A stretch of 51,801 nucleotides of DNA, taken from contig DBRK01000006.1 of assembly GCA_002306315.1 (NCBI GenBank), forward strand, positions 1-51,801, written 5' to 3'. The notes beneath the pieces were generated by a model. That model made no database searches. It worked only from the letters and a program-made list of their open reading frames with translations, and was not told the DNA's origin. Shown here in pieces: positions 9,205 to 19,036 of this stretch (the first letter of the stretch is position 1; each line of letters opens with the position of its first letter). This DNA is from Patescibacteria group bacterium UBA1370. GTDB taxonomy: Bacteria > Patescibacteriota > Microgenomatia > UBA1400 > PJMF01. The translations under genes were made by a program, and so were the position numbers.

Positions 9205-9867
9205 CTATTGCGCAGTATTAGAACCGTCGATTATCGACTGGACAGTCGACTCAAGTTGAGGGGCAGGTGTTTGGCGACCGTTGACAAAAAATGTCGGTGT
9301 AGCTGAGATGCCTAGCTGCTGGGCAGCCGAGGTATCTTCTTGAACTTTGGCTTTTGCCTGGTCACTCTCTATTTTCTCTAGGAACGAGGTTTTGTCAATC
9401 TGCAACTGTTGCGCATACTCGGCAAATTTTTCATTCAGCTCACCTCGATCACGGATTTCCGCCCAGGCCGGTTGATTATCGAAGAGCAAATCATGCATCT
9501 CCCAGAATTTTCCTTCTTGAGCTGCTGCTTCCGCAGCTACGCCAGCTGCCCTGGCGTTGGGGTGAATGGAATCTAAAGGATAGTGCCGATAAGCCAGTCT
9601 GACATCATTTGGATACTGATTGAGGATCTTTTGCACCAGCGGTTGAGCAGCCCGGCAAGCTGGACACTGCAGGTCACTAAATTCAACGATGGTAACTTTG
9701 GCTGATTCTGCCGCACCTTTGATGTGTGAGTTGGCTGTAACCAATTGCTCGTCAGGTACGACTTGGTCACTAGGGCTGGTGCCGCCGCTGGAAAAGGCAA
9801 CAGCCAAGACTATTACTAAGATGATGGTGCCGAGGATGGTACCGATAAGCAGTGGGAGGTTTTTCAT
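9205..9867 (-). CDS. DsbA-family thiol-disulfide oxidoreductase
   Basis: N-terminal TM anchor, EFSDLQCPAC, YRHYPL, ATPTFFVNG. Confidence 0.92.
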   Translation of the reverse strand: MKNLPLLIGTILGTIILVIVLAVAFSSGGTSPSDQVVPDEQLVTANSHIKGAAESAKVTIVEFSDLQCPACRAAQPLVQKILNQYPNDVRLAYRHYPLDSIHPNARAAGVAAEAAAQEGKFWEMHDLLFDNQPAWAEIRDRGELNEKFAEYAQQLQIDKTSFLEKIESDQAKAKVQEDTSAAQQLGISATPTFFVNGRQTPAPQLESTVQSIIDGSNTAQ

Positions 9868-10032
9868 AGTCTGACTAGTTTATCATAGCCAACTGCTCCA
9901 GGGAAAACTGTCTTATCTTTAAACAGTTAGATATGAATTGTTTCTTTTATATCACAATTACTCAAGTTTTGTCTTGAGCATTTTTTATGCTATCGGATAT
10001 TAGGTTTAAATTCTGCTGATTATTCAAGCAAA

Positions 10033-10344
10033 TCATTCCACTGGCCAGACTTGCTCACCGGTTTCGGTGTCGGTGACGGTGATAGCAGCGGTTGGACAGC
10101 TTTGGGCGGCCAGGAGTTTCGTTTCATCATCATGGCCATCCTGAGAAATCACCGTGGCGATTGCTTCTTCGTCGAGCTGAAAGACTTTGGGAGCAATGGC
10201 GACGCAACTGGCAGCACTGATGCACTTGTCGCGAATCACAGCCACTTTGTAGCGGCCGATGTTCTTGGTCTGTACCAACTTGCCATCTTCTTCATGCTGC
10301 TCTACGCCATCAAGCCTTTTTTGGATAATGTCGGAAACTGCCAT
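10033..10344 (-). CDS. Single-cluster ferredoxin (probably 3Fe-4S)
   Basis: CISAASC...CPTAAI (CxxAxxC..CP). Confidence 0.85.
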   Translation of the reverse strand: MAVSDIIQKRLDGVEQHEEDGKLVQTKNIGRYKVAVIRDKCISAASCVAIAPKVFQLDEEAIATVISQDGHDDETKLLAAQSCPTAAITVTDTETGEQVWPVE

Positions 10345-10353
10345 ATTTCCTTT

Positions 10354-11079
10354 CTAATAAAATTTTTCAAAATGAATATTTTCCGGTTTAACACCCTTTT
10401 CCTGCAATAAAGTCTGCATGTCTTTAATCATATGGTCATTGCCGCAGAGATAATAGCCAACATTGTTGGAGTTTACCTCCTTGGCTGAAAAAATTTCCGT
10501 TACCCGGCCGCGGGAAAGCGGCCAATCATCCGGCGGTTGAGAAAGAGTGGGAATAAAGCTGAAGTTGGAAAAAGTCCGCTCCAATTGTTCAAAATCTTCC
10601 GTCCAGAAAAGATGCTCGACGTGTCTCAATCCCCAATAAAGACTGATTGGCCGATTATCACCCTTGCGTTGCAGCTGGTCAAAAATCATTGCCCGGAACG
10701 GAGTAATCCCCGATCCCGTAGCCACAAAAACCAACTCTTGCTCGCCAAGTTTTTCATCAACGGTAAAAATGCCCATAGGTGCCAAGATTTCTACCGGGTC
10801 GCCAAAATTCAGACTGCTCAAATACTGACAACCCAGACCACCGGGCTCCATATCTACTAACAACTCGAAACCATGATCGATATCAGGGCTGCTGCAGATC
10901 GAGTAAGAACGCCTGTCGCCGCGCTCCGAGACCTTGATCGAGACGTATTGCCCAGCCTCAAACTTGATGGTGTGCGGCTCAACGAGTTCGAAATGAAATT
11001 GGATGAATTTTGAGTTTAGTTCTGTTTTTTCTTCTAATTTGGCAATATATTTTTGCGGTGGTTGCAGGGGTGGAGTCAT
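10354..11079 (-). CDS. FAD/NAD(P)-binding oxidoreductase (ferredoxin-NADP reductase family)
   Basis: AGQY, RSYSICS, ATGSGITPF, YLCG, C-terminal EKFY. Confidence 0.9.
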   Translation of the reverse strand: MTPPLQPPQKYIAKLEEKTELNSKFIQFHFELVEPHTIKFEAGQYVSIKVSERGDRRSYSICSSPDIDHGFELLVDMEPGGLGCQYLSSLNFGDPVEILAPMGIFTVDEKLGEQELVFVATGSGITPFRAMIFDQLQRKGDNRPISLYWGLRHVEHLFWTEDFEQLERTFSNFSFIPTLSQPPDDWPLSRGRVTEIFSAKEVNSNNVGYYLCGNDHMIKDMQTLLQEKGVKPENIHFEKFY

Positions 11080-11109
11080 AAACTGCTTTCAAAAATTTGT
11101 TAAATTGTT

Positions 11110-11673
11110 CTATTTGCGTTGTTTTTGCCAATTGCGCCCGTGCCATAAACCAAGCGCTAGTTTGGCTATCGTAGCATATTCTTCAGTTCTATCAACAAAG
11201 CCATCGGTGACTATGCCGATCATGCCTTGCTTGCGGCGGACATCATGCTCGTCGCTGATATCGGCAATGGCCGGACCCATTTCTTCGCCCCGGCGTATTC
11301 GCTCGGCGAGCACCTCGGGTACTTCAAAGCGGGCGCCGTTAGCTGTTTTTAGCGAACCTTCACTATCTACTACAGCCGCCCAAACTGTGGACCAAACCTG
11401 ACCATCCAATTCAGTCACCCCGCCCTCGAGACCAACTCCCAGCAAATCGAGCTCGTCCGGGTTATCAATTCCAAAATGGCTGATACCGTCTTCCAAAGCG
11501 GCCTTGGCCCGGTTTTCCGCACCGGTCCGGGTCTCCTCATCGCCCCAAGGCTGGTCGGGAATGCCGCTGGGAACATCGAACCCCATTACCTGCACATCCG
11601 GCCACGTCTCACTGGCTGCTTGAACTACGGCGTTGATTTTTACCGGATTAAGTGAACCGACAAAAATTCTCAT
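11110..11673 (-). CDS. yjjX: Inosine/xanthosine triphosphatase (YjjX family)
   Basis: VGSLNPVKINAV, SGIPDQPWG.EET..GA.NRA, GLEGG, GMIGIVT. Confidence 0.88.
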   Translation of the reverse strand: MRIFVGSLNPVKINAVVQAASETWPDVQVMGFDVPSGIPDQPWGDEETRTGAENRAKAALEDGISHFGIDNPDELDLLGVGLEGGVTELDGQVWSTVWAAVVDSEGSLKTANGARFEVPEVLAERIRRGEEMGPAIADISDEHDVRRKQGMIGIVTDGFVDRTEEYATIAKLALGLWHGRNWQKQRK

Positions 11674-11744
11674 ACTCCTAGTGTAACAAATGACCGCTGC
11701 TTATTTGGGTCTATAAATAATCACCCAGCAGAAAATAACAATAA

Positions 11745-12125
11745 TTAGGTATTCTTTTCCTGGAGGATCTTCTTAATGGTAGTCAAACCTAAGAGGAGGC
11801 ACCGCAATCGGCCGGGGGCAATCTTGCTCAAGGCCAACAGCTCGAGAATTTCCCCCGCTCCCATGGCCATAATATCTGAGACCTGTTTGCCGACTACATA
11901 ATCGGAGAGCTGCCCCATCGCAGCCTGGCTGATGATGCAGCCGGTACCGGTCCAACCCACTGATTCAATTTGCTTACCGTTGGAGGTCAACTTGATCCTA
12001 ATGGAAACGGTGTCGCCGCAGGAAGCGTTGTAACTGGTGGCTTCACCATCGAAATCGGCCAGTTCACCGAAATTTTTCTTGTTTTCTGCCGCCTCCAGCA
12101 ATTGTTGATGATATAAATCTTGCAT
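11745..12125 (-). CDS. sufU: SufU/NifU-N sulfur-transfer/scaffold protein
   Basis: NASCGD, GCIISQAA, RLRC; follows sufS. Confidence 0.85.
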   Translation of the reverse strand: MQDLYHQQLLEAAENKKNFGELADFDGEATSYNASCGDTVSIRIKLTSNGKQIESVGWTGTGCIISQAAMGQLSDYVVGKQVSDIMAMGAGEILELLALSKIAPGRLRCLLLGLTTIKKILQEKNT

Positions 12126-12146
12126 AACTAGCTTGGCTTTACCAGA

Positions 12147-13415
12147 TTAAACCTTAAAAATCCGCTTAACTTTATCCAAAGCCGATACCAAGGCATCAAT
12201 TTCTTCTCGGGTATTATAAACTTGAAAACTGGCGCGGGTAGTGGCAACCCAATCGTTGTAAACATGCAGCGGCATAGTGCAGTGATGCCCGGAGCGAACC
12301 GCGACTCCCTCGCTGTCTAACACCTGGGCAACATCATGAGCATGCACCCCTTTATAAAGAAAGGCGACAGAACCAATCCGACGAAGCTGGCTGCCAGAGC
12401 CAACCGAGAGCGGACCGACCAACTCAACTTCTGGAATCTGCTGCAATTGCTCCAAAGCGTAAGCCACCAAATCCTGATCATGCTCCAACACTGCTTCCAT
12501 CCCCAGTGCCGACAAATAGTTGCAAGCAGCCTCCAGTCCCACAGCCGAAGCCACATCCGGTGTACCCGGTGTGAACCGGTCAGAAAGACTGCTGCTAAAT
12601 TCTGTCCCCTCGACGCTGACTGCTGCGATCATGCCGCCGCCAAAAAAGTACGGCCGCATCTCACCGCTTTCCAGTATCTCCTTGCGAACTAGCAGCAAAC
12701 CGCTGCCCATCGGACCCAACATCTTGTGACCGCTGGCTGAGAAAAAATCCACCCCAAGGCGGGAAAAATCAACTGGCAAGTGACCGGCGGCTTGGGCGCC
12801 ATCGACAACAATCCGTGGCTTGATTTTGCCCTTTTTAGCTTGTTCATCAACCAAGGTAATTATTTCCTGAAGCGGGCAAACGCTTCCTAATGTATTGGAG
12901 ACATACGTCAAGGTCAGCAGCTTAACATTGCCCTCAGCCAACTTTTCCTTGAGATCATGCAGATCCACTTCGCCCTCAGCTGTTAAATTGACAAAGACTA
13001 CTTTGGCGCCCGTACGCTTAGCAGCCTCCTGCCAAACAACCAAATTGGAATGATGATCCATGTAGCTGACCAAAATCACATCACCTTTTGTCAAATTGTG
13101 GTCGGCCCAACCATAGGCAATACCGTTCATCGATTCAGTGGTGTTGCGAGTCAAAATCAACTCATCCTCTTCAGCACCAAAAAAACCAGCAACGACCGCC
13201 CGCGCCTGATTCCACAACTGAGTGCTTTCATCAGACAACTGATGGACGCCACGGTGAATGTTGGCGTTGTGATGAGTGTAGTAATTGGTGATAGCGTCAA
13301 TTACCGCTTGTGGTTTTTGAGTGGTGGAAGCGTTATCCAAATAAACCAGTGGTTTAGCATGAACTTTGCGCCACAGCAGAGGAAAATCGCGCCTCACCCG
13401 TTCTTCATCAAACAT
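12147..13415 (-). CDS. sufS: Cysteine desulfurase SufS
   Basis: YLDNASTTQKP, SGHKMLGP (PLP Lys), RSGHHC (group II). Confidence 0.95.
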   Translation of the reverse strand: MFDEERVRRDFPLLWRKVHAKPLVYLDNASTTQKPQAVIDAITNYYTHHNANIHRGVHQLSDESTQLWNQARAVVAGFFGAEEDELILTRNTTESMNGIAYGWADHNLTKGDVILVSYMDHHSNLVVWQEAAKRTGAKVVFVNLTAEGEVDLHDLKEKLAEGNVKLLTLTYVSNTLGSVCPLQEIITLVDEQAKKGKIKPRIVVDGAQAAGHLPVDFSRLGVDFFSASGHKMLGPMGSGLLLVRKEILESGEMRPYFFGGGMIAAVSVEGTEFSSSLSDRFTPGTPDVASAVGLEAACNYLSALGMEAVLEHDQDLVAYALEQLQQIPEVELVGPLSVGSGSQLRRIGSVAFLYKGVHAHDVAQVLDSEGVAVRSGHHCTMPLHVYNDWVATTRASFQVYNTREEIDALVSALDKVKRIFKV

Positions 13416-13439
13416 GGGTATATTGTATCAGCAAGTGCG

Positions 13440-14642
13440 TTATCTTGAGTAAGCTCTGGAGTTGGAGGGAAAATACTTCTTCAGCGTCTCCAAAAAACCT
13501 AAATCCTCTATCGCAGTTTGAAAATACTCCTCAAAAACTTTGGCTCCCACACCCACTCGAAGATGATAATTCTCACCTTTTTTCTGCTCAGGGTAGTTCC
13601 GGTTAAATAGAATATCGGCTACTTCCCGGCAAAAGATTCTTAATTCTTCTGCGTAGAAGGCAGCCGCAGCCTCTTCATCGGGAACCACCTCACCTAAAAG
13701 ATGCTGATGTTCATTGGCTGATGCGGAGTTTTGCAAGCGTTCAAGGATTGAAATGATTATTTTTTGATTATTTGCAAAACGATTTCGCAGTAGTCTAATG
13801 TAATAGGGCGAATTAGGATCAGTGAGCACAAGTCTTACTGCCTCACCCACCGCCTGGGCTTTGCTTATTGAAGGATAGCTGACGGAAGGCTGTTCCAATG
13901 AATTTTTATAATTTTCTCTCAAGCGCATATCTCTGAGCGGCGCAGGCGCGGCAACTGGAAAAGAGTGTTCAAAACCAAAGTTTACCAAATTTTCTCTGGC
14001 CAGTTCTTCGAAAACCTTCAACTGATTGGGCGTGATGATAAAAGCCCTATGTTCAATATAATCTCTTAATTTTCCTAAGTAATTCCAAATGTCTCCTTTA
14101 TTGTCGTTTTCTCTTCTTGTTAGATAAATAGCAGCCTCAAGAATCACTTTTGGAAACAATGCACGGAAATCCTGACCGATTTTATGACCCAGTTCATGCT
14201 CCTCACGGTGCCCTGGCATCACCTTCTCTTCGTCGGAATAATAACCTAAAAGTGCCTCGCGAAAACCAGATTCTTTACTGCTTGTCCTACTTATTTCCGA
14301 AACTCTGAGGTTAAATGGACTTTCAGGATGAGCTAAACAGATCTGCAGCACCGTCATCACCAAGTGGTCCATCAATCGATGTTCCTGCTCACTATTGGCT
14401 TGCCCGTCTACATAACTCTGAATTAATTCTGCAAAAGCTGTATGAAAATCCCTGGAAGAGATTATAAGAGTAGTTAACCTCGGAAAAATATTTGCTTCTG
14501 CTAATGGAGAAACAGACTCTCTCGGCTTGGTGCCTGGTTGACCATTGCCGTTCTCCTGCTCCCGAGAAGTAACGATACCAGTAGCATCAGAATGATCAGG
14601 AATACCAAGAGTCGTTTCTTTTCTACCGTTATTATGTGACAT
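13440..14642 (-). CDS. Hypothetical helical protein (ORFan-like, AT-richer)
   Basis: 400-aa ORF; TATAAT 8 nt upstream; motifs LAHPESPFNLR and LTDPNSPYYIR. Confidence 0.7.
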   Translation of the reverse strand: MSHNNGRKETTLGIPDHSDATGIVTSREQENGNGQPGTKPRESVSPLAEANIFPRLTTLIISSRDFHTAFAELIQSYVDGQANSEQEHRLMDHLVMTVLQICLAHPESPFNLRVSEISRTSSKESGFREALLGYYSDEEKVMPGHREEHELGHKIGQDFRALFPKVILEAAIYLTRRENDNKGDIWNYLGKLRDYIEHRAFIITPNQLKVFEELARENLVNFGFEHSFPVAAPAPLRDMRLRENYKNSLEQPSVSYPSISKAQAVGEAVRLVLTDPNSPYYIRLLRNRFANNQKIIISILERLQNSASANEHQHLLGEVVPDEEAAAAFYAEELRIFCREVADILFNRNYPEQKKGENYHLRVGVGAKVFEEYFQTAIEDLGFLETLKKYFPSNSRAYSR

Positions 14643-14737
14643 AGGTCACAATTATAAGACTATTGTTAATAATTACAAGACTATATTTTGAATACAAAAT
14701 ATAACAATAAGGTATTATTTTCTATTGAAAATTAATG

Positions 14738-15526
14738 TTATCGACCAACTCTTTGTTGAGGGCCTTGTTTCCATTGTTGTCTTGCCTCTTCTTCTTGCTG
14801 ATGTTTTTGTTCTAGTCGGTGATTATTAAAATCCAGAACCTGTTCTCTGAAGTTTACTGGGTTTTGATACACATTTGAAGATAATGCTAACAATTGAGCA
14901 TGCGCTGATCCGGTATGGACATAATAACTAAAAAACTTATTAATCACCGGTGGCAGGTTGACCTCATGCGCATCATAAGCATCTTTTTTCATTAACCTCT
15001 GGGTGAGCTGCCGGACCGCGTCCCTGAGTTTTGTATAGAGAAGCGTGCCGGCACTATAATCATAATCTGCAATATACTTAAGATTCTCCCAGTTGAGCTT
15101 GACACGTTGAGCCGCACCATACAAAAACCCTAAGTATCCAAGTTTAATGTTTTCAGGGATGGCTGTATTCAGGGCAATCATCCGCAAATTAAAAATACTT
15201 CTGGGATGAGCTAACAATGATGCCAGAGCTATGGAAACAGCACTCTCACCTCTGGTGATAAAACCCTCGCCGAGCTCCCGACAGATTATATCGATAATTG
15301 GCTGAAAATCATAAGTCTCGATCTTTTTCCTCAGCTGTTCTGCAAATTGCCGTTGTTTTTCTTCTGGAGACCTATCCCTGTCCCCAGCAGCTGGTTTGAC
15401 AGCAATTTCTATCCCGGCGCCATTGCCGTTCCGTGAATACCCGATATGAGCTTCATCCTCAAAAGTAGAACTTCTTCTAGAAACACCATTGGCACGGAAA
15501 TTATTAGGACCCTCTACTCGGTTCAT
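14738..15526 (-). CDS. Hypothetical protein, probable paralog of 13440..14642
   Basis: 262-aa ORF sharing LAHPRSIFNLR and an N-terminal NGNG. Confidence 0.7.
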   Translation of the reverse strand: MNRVEGPNNFRANGVSRRSSTFEDEAHIGYSRNGNGAGIEIAVKPAAGDRDRSPEEKQRQFAEQLRKKIETYDFQPIIDIICRELGEGFITRGESAVSIALASLLAHPRSIFNLRMIALNTAIPENIKLGYLGFLYGAAQRVKLNWENLKYIADYDYSAGTLLYTKLRDAVRQLTQRLMKKDAYDAHEVNLPPVINKFFSYYVHTGSAHAQLLALSSNVYQNPVNFREQVLDFNNHRLEQKHQQEEEARQQWKQGPQQRVGR

Positions 15527-15612
15527 AGGGCGGACTATATTAATCTTATGTGAGATTTTAGCAGGATTATTGTAAGAATTTGCACTAATGAGATTGCTAT
15601 GGGATACAAGCT

Positions 15613-16104
15613 TTAAGAAATTTCGGCCAGAAATCCATCGATAATGATTTCTTCCGCTTTTTGTTGAGGAATACCGCGGCTCATCAGGTAAAATATATGC
15701 TCTTCAGGAATCCGGGAAACACTGGCGGCGTGGGAACAGCGGACGTCATCAGTTTCGATTTCCAGGTCAGGAATACACTCTGCGGTAGCACTTTCTGAGA
15801 GCAATAGCACCCGCTCGGTCAAAAAGGAGGTGGTGTCGCCGCAGTCTGGTTCAATGACAATCTTGCCTCTAAAGGTGATTTTGGATTTGCCGGCAGCTAC
15901 GCCGCGCAGCATTGTTTCTGCTCTGGTGTGGGGAGCGGTATGCTTAACCAAAACCGAAACTGCCAACTGTTCCTGGACATCAGTCCGAAAAGCGCCCTTA
16001 ATTTTTGCCTCGGCACCGGCTCCGGCTAGTTCCACCAGGTATTCGCCCGGTTGGGTTAGGATTATTTCCCGCTGCTCGTTTTTTTTGATGAGGTATTTTT
16101 TCAT
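15613..16104 (-). CDS. sufD: Short SufD-family protein
   Basis: IPDLEIETDDVRCSHAASV, FYLMSRGI; follows sufB; only 163 aa. Confidence 0.85.
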   Translation of the reverse strand: MKKYLIKKNEQREIILTQPGEYLVELAGAGAEAKIKGAFRTDVQEQLAVSVLVKHTAPHTRAETMLRGVAAGKSKITFRGKIVIEPDCGDTTSFLTERVLLLSESATAECIPDLEIETDDVRCSHAASVSRIPEEHIFYLMSRGIPQQKAEEIIIDGFLAEIS

Positions 16105-16118
16105 AAACTATTAATTTC

Positions 16119-17540
16119 TCAACCGATCGACCCCTCCATCTCGTGATCAATCAAGCGGTTCATCTCCACCGCGTACTCCAACGGTAATTTTTTAACTAAA
16201 TCATCAATAAAACCATTGACGATCATTTTGCTGGCATTTTCCTCGGTGATGCCGCGGCTCATCAGGTAAAAAAGCTGATCCTCGCCGATTTTGGAAACCG
16301 TCGCTTCGTGTTGGACGACGACATCATTGTTGAAGATGCGTTCTAGCGGGTATGTATCGGATCGCGATTGGCCATCGAGAAGCAAGGCATCACAAATCAC
16401 GGTGTTTTTGCTGGCGCGGGCGTTAGGACCGATGTTAATTAAACCCCGGTAACTGGTACGGCCGCCGTCCTTACTGATGGATTTGGAAATGATGCTGGAA
16501 CTAGTGTGCGGCGCCAGGTGAATTGCTTTAGAGCCGGTGTCTTGATGCTGGCCGGCGCCGGCCAAAGCCATCGATAGAGTTTCGCCCCTGGCGCCGCGGC
16601 CGGCTAAGATGAAGCTGGGATACTTCATGGTCACTTTGGAGCCCATGTTAAAGTCAGTCCAGATCATCTCGCCTTCTTCTTCCACAAATGCCCGCTTGGT
16701 AACTAGGTTATAGACATTTTTGTACCAGTTTTGGACAGTCGTGTATTGGCAGCGGGCGTTCTTTTTGACAAAAATTTCCACAACGGCCGAGTGCAGCGAC
16801 CCGGAGGAAAAGTTGGGAGCGGTGCAGCCTTCAATGTAATGTACGCTGGCACCTTCATCAACGATGATTAAAGTCCGTTCAAATTGACCGGCGTTTTGAG
16901 CATTGATGCGGAAGTATGTCTGCAGCGGCAGTTTGACATGCACACCTTTAGGTACATACACAAAAGACCCACCTGACCAGACAGCGGTGTTCAAAGCTGC
17001 AAACTTGTTGTCGCCGCTGGGGATGACTTTGCCAAAATACTCCTTGACCAAATCGGGATATTGGCGGAGACCGTCATCCATTGACAAAAATACTACCCCT
17101 TCTTTTTCGTAAACACTCTTGAGGGAACCGTAAACCACCTCGCTGTCATACTGGGCTTTGACACCGGCCAAAACCGCCTTCTCTGCCTCTGGAATGCCTA
17201 ACCTGTCAAAAGTTTCCTTGACTTCCGGCGGTACTTCATCCCAAGACTTTTTCTGTTCGTCGGTCGCCCGCAGATAATAATGAATTTTGTCAAAATTAAT
17301 TTCGCTCAAATCTGCTCCCCATGTGGGCATCGGCCGTGCTGCAAACTGCTCCAGTGCCCGCAACCGCAGCTTGAGCATCCATGCCGATTCTTCCTTGAGG
17401 TGGGAGATCTCTTCCACCACCTGCCGGCTCAACCCGGGCTTGCTGATAAAAGCGTAATTTTCCGTGGGAAAGTGATAACCATGCTGATATTCATCGCCTG
17501 CCTCAAAACCGCTAGTCTGTTTTTTTGCAAACCTTGCCAT
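16119..17540 (-). CDS. sufB: Fe-S cluster assembly protein SufB
   Basis: AQYDSEVVY, WSGGSFVYVPKG, EGCTAP, CDALL, HEATVSKI. Confidence 0.96.
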   Translation of the reverse strand: MARFAKKQTSGFEAGDEYQHGYHFPTENYAFISKPGLSRQVVEEISHLKEESAWMLKLRLRALEQFAARPMPTWGADLSEINFDKIHYYLRATDEQKKSWDEVPPEVKETFDRLGIPEAEKAVLAGVKAQYDSEVVYGSLKSVYEKEGVVFLSMDDGLRQYPDLVKEYFGKVIPSGDNKFAALNTAVWSGGSFVYVPKGVHVKLPLQTYFRINAQNAGQFERTLIIVDEGASVHYIEGCTAPNFSSGSLHSAVVEIFVKKNARCQYTTVQNWYKNVYNLVTKRAFVEEEGEMIWTDFNMGSKVTMKYPSFILAGRGARGETLSMALAGAGQHQDTGSKAIHLAPHTSSSIISKSISKDGGRTSYRGLINIGPNARASKNTVICDALLLDGQSRSDTYPLERIFNNDVVVQHEATVSKIGEDQLFYLMSRGITEENASKMIVNGFIDDLVKKLPLEYAVEMNRLIDHEMEGSIG

Positions 17541-17559
17541 CGCGTCATCCTAAATTAAC

Positions 17560-18123
17560 CTAACAATGACCGCAACCGCCGCAAGCACAACTGTGGTCTT
17601 CTTCATCTTCTTGAACGCAAAGCAGCGCAGTCTCTGCCATCTTTCTGATAAAATCTCCTTGTTCACCACCAAAATTGAATTCGTTCAATTCCTCTAAGCC
17701 AACCCACTCATAATCAGTGTGCTCACTGCTGAGTTTTATTTTGGAGCGGTCAAAACCAAGCGGCAACTCAGCTACCCAACCGGTGATAATGCTATAGACC
17801 TGTCGATCAGATTCAAAAAAAGTATCAAAAAATATCAATGATCCAGTAGTAAAAACGTCTTCCGCCACTGCTACTCCGGTTTCTTCCTTGATCTCCCTGA
17901 CGATGTCGTTGCGGTGCAGACCTTCTTGGGACTCGGCAACCTTCGGCCACTCAGTGTTGCCACCAGGTAGATCCCAGCATCTAGGTCGGGACCTGGAGTT
18001 TTCAGCTCGTTTGAGCAGCAAAACCTGTCCGGCGCTGACCAAAGCTGCTTTCTGCAGCAACTTAACGTTTTCTGTAAGATGATGCCTGGTTTTCTTGACT
18101 CCGGCGTCGCTGTCAGTTTTCAT
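17560..18123 (-). CDS. NUDIX hydrolase with C-terminal Cys-rich tail
   Basis: WDLPGG...REIKEETG, LSSEH; ends HSCACGGCGHC; overlaps the sufC stop. Confidence 0.85.
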   Translation of the reverse strand: MKTDSDAGVKKTRHHLTENVKLLQKAALVSAGQVLLLKRAENSRSRPRCWDLPGGNTEWPKVAESQEGLHRNDIVREIKEETGVAVAEDVFTTGSLIFFDTFFESDRQVYSIITGWVAELPLGFDRSKIKLSSEHTDYEWVGLEELNEFNFGGEQGDFIRKMAETALLCVQEDEEDHSCACGGCGHC

Positions 18124-18877
18124 CGCGGTATCCTTTCACTTCAATAGATTCGGCAAGCTCCCGCCCGCCGCTTTTGGTGATACGGCCATCTTTCATAACA
18201 TGGATGAAATCGGGTTTTAAATACTCCAAAATCCGCTGATAATGGGTAATCACCAGAATTCCCATTTGAAATTGCTCAGCTATCTTTTTCACCCCTTTGG
18301 CAACGTCGCGAATAGCATCGATATCCAAGCCGGAATCAGTTTCATCCAAAATTGCGTATTTAGGCTCCAAGACTGCCATCTGCAAAATTTCCAAACGTTT
18401 TTTCTCGCCACCACTGAAACCTTCATTTAATCCCCGCGTCAGTAGATTTTTGTCCACCCACAGTTCTTCTGCCAATTTTTCCAGATGTTTGCGAAAGTCT
18501 AAGACACTCTGAAACTGTTTGTCCGGCTCCTCTGCAAATCGGGCGTGATGAGCGTGGCGAAGAAAATTCTGAACCTTTACTCCAGGCACTTCCACCGGGT
18601 ACTGAAATGCCAAAAACAGGCCGGCTTTGAGCCGCTCGTCCGGCGCCAACTCAAGCAGGCTTTGACCATCCACCAAAACCCGTGATTTCCCAAAAATTTC
18701 ATATTTGGGGTGACCCATCAGGGCGCTGGCCATACTGGATTTGCCGGAGCCATTCGGACCCATGATAGCGTGCAGTTCCCCCGGCTTGACAATCAAATCC
18801 ACTCCTTTGACCACTTCTTTGCCCTCAACGGCTACCCGCAATGACTTAATTTTTAGAGCTGGTTTTGAGTTACGCAT
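18113..18877 (-). CDS. sufC: Fe-S cluster assembly ATPase SufC
   Basis: GPNGSGKS, LAFQYPVE, FSGGEKKR, LDETDSGLD, ITHY; start placed at MRNSKP. Confidence 0.95.
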   Translation of the reverse strand: MRNSKPALKIKSLRVAVEGKEVVKGVDLIVKPGELHAIMGPNGSGKSSMASALMGHPKYEIFGKSRVLVDGQSLLELAPDERLKAGLFLAFQYPVEVPGVKVQNFLRHAHHARFAEEPDKQFQSVLDFRKHLEKLAEELWVDKNLLTRGLNEGFSGGEKKRLEILQMAVLEPKYAILDETDSGLDIDAIRDVAKGVKKIAEQFQMGILVITHYQRILEYLKPDFIHVMKDGRITKSGGRELAESIEVKGYRDEN

Positions 18878-19036
18878 AGGCGCAGCAATGATACCACGAA
18901 GCCAGGCTAGTACCAAATAAAATTAGGCCCAATAACCAACTGGAGCCTGAAGTTGCATACTCAATTATTACAAGAATCGCATTTTCTTCACACCCGCCAG
19001 GCATAGGCTAGCTGATAATCAACAGAAAGGCAGTCT

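Noticed and set aside
15558-15600. Additional CIRCE-like site (TTAGCAG...TTGCTA)
   Set aside because: Half-site spacing is far from 9-9-9 and the downstream gene is not a heat-shock gene.
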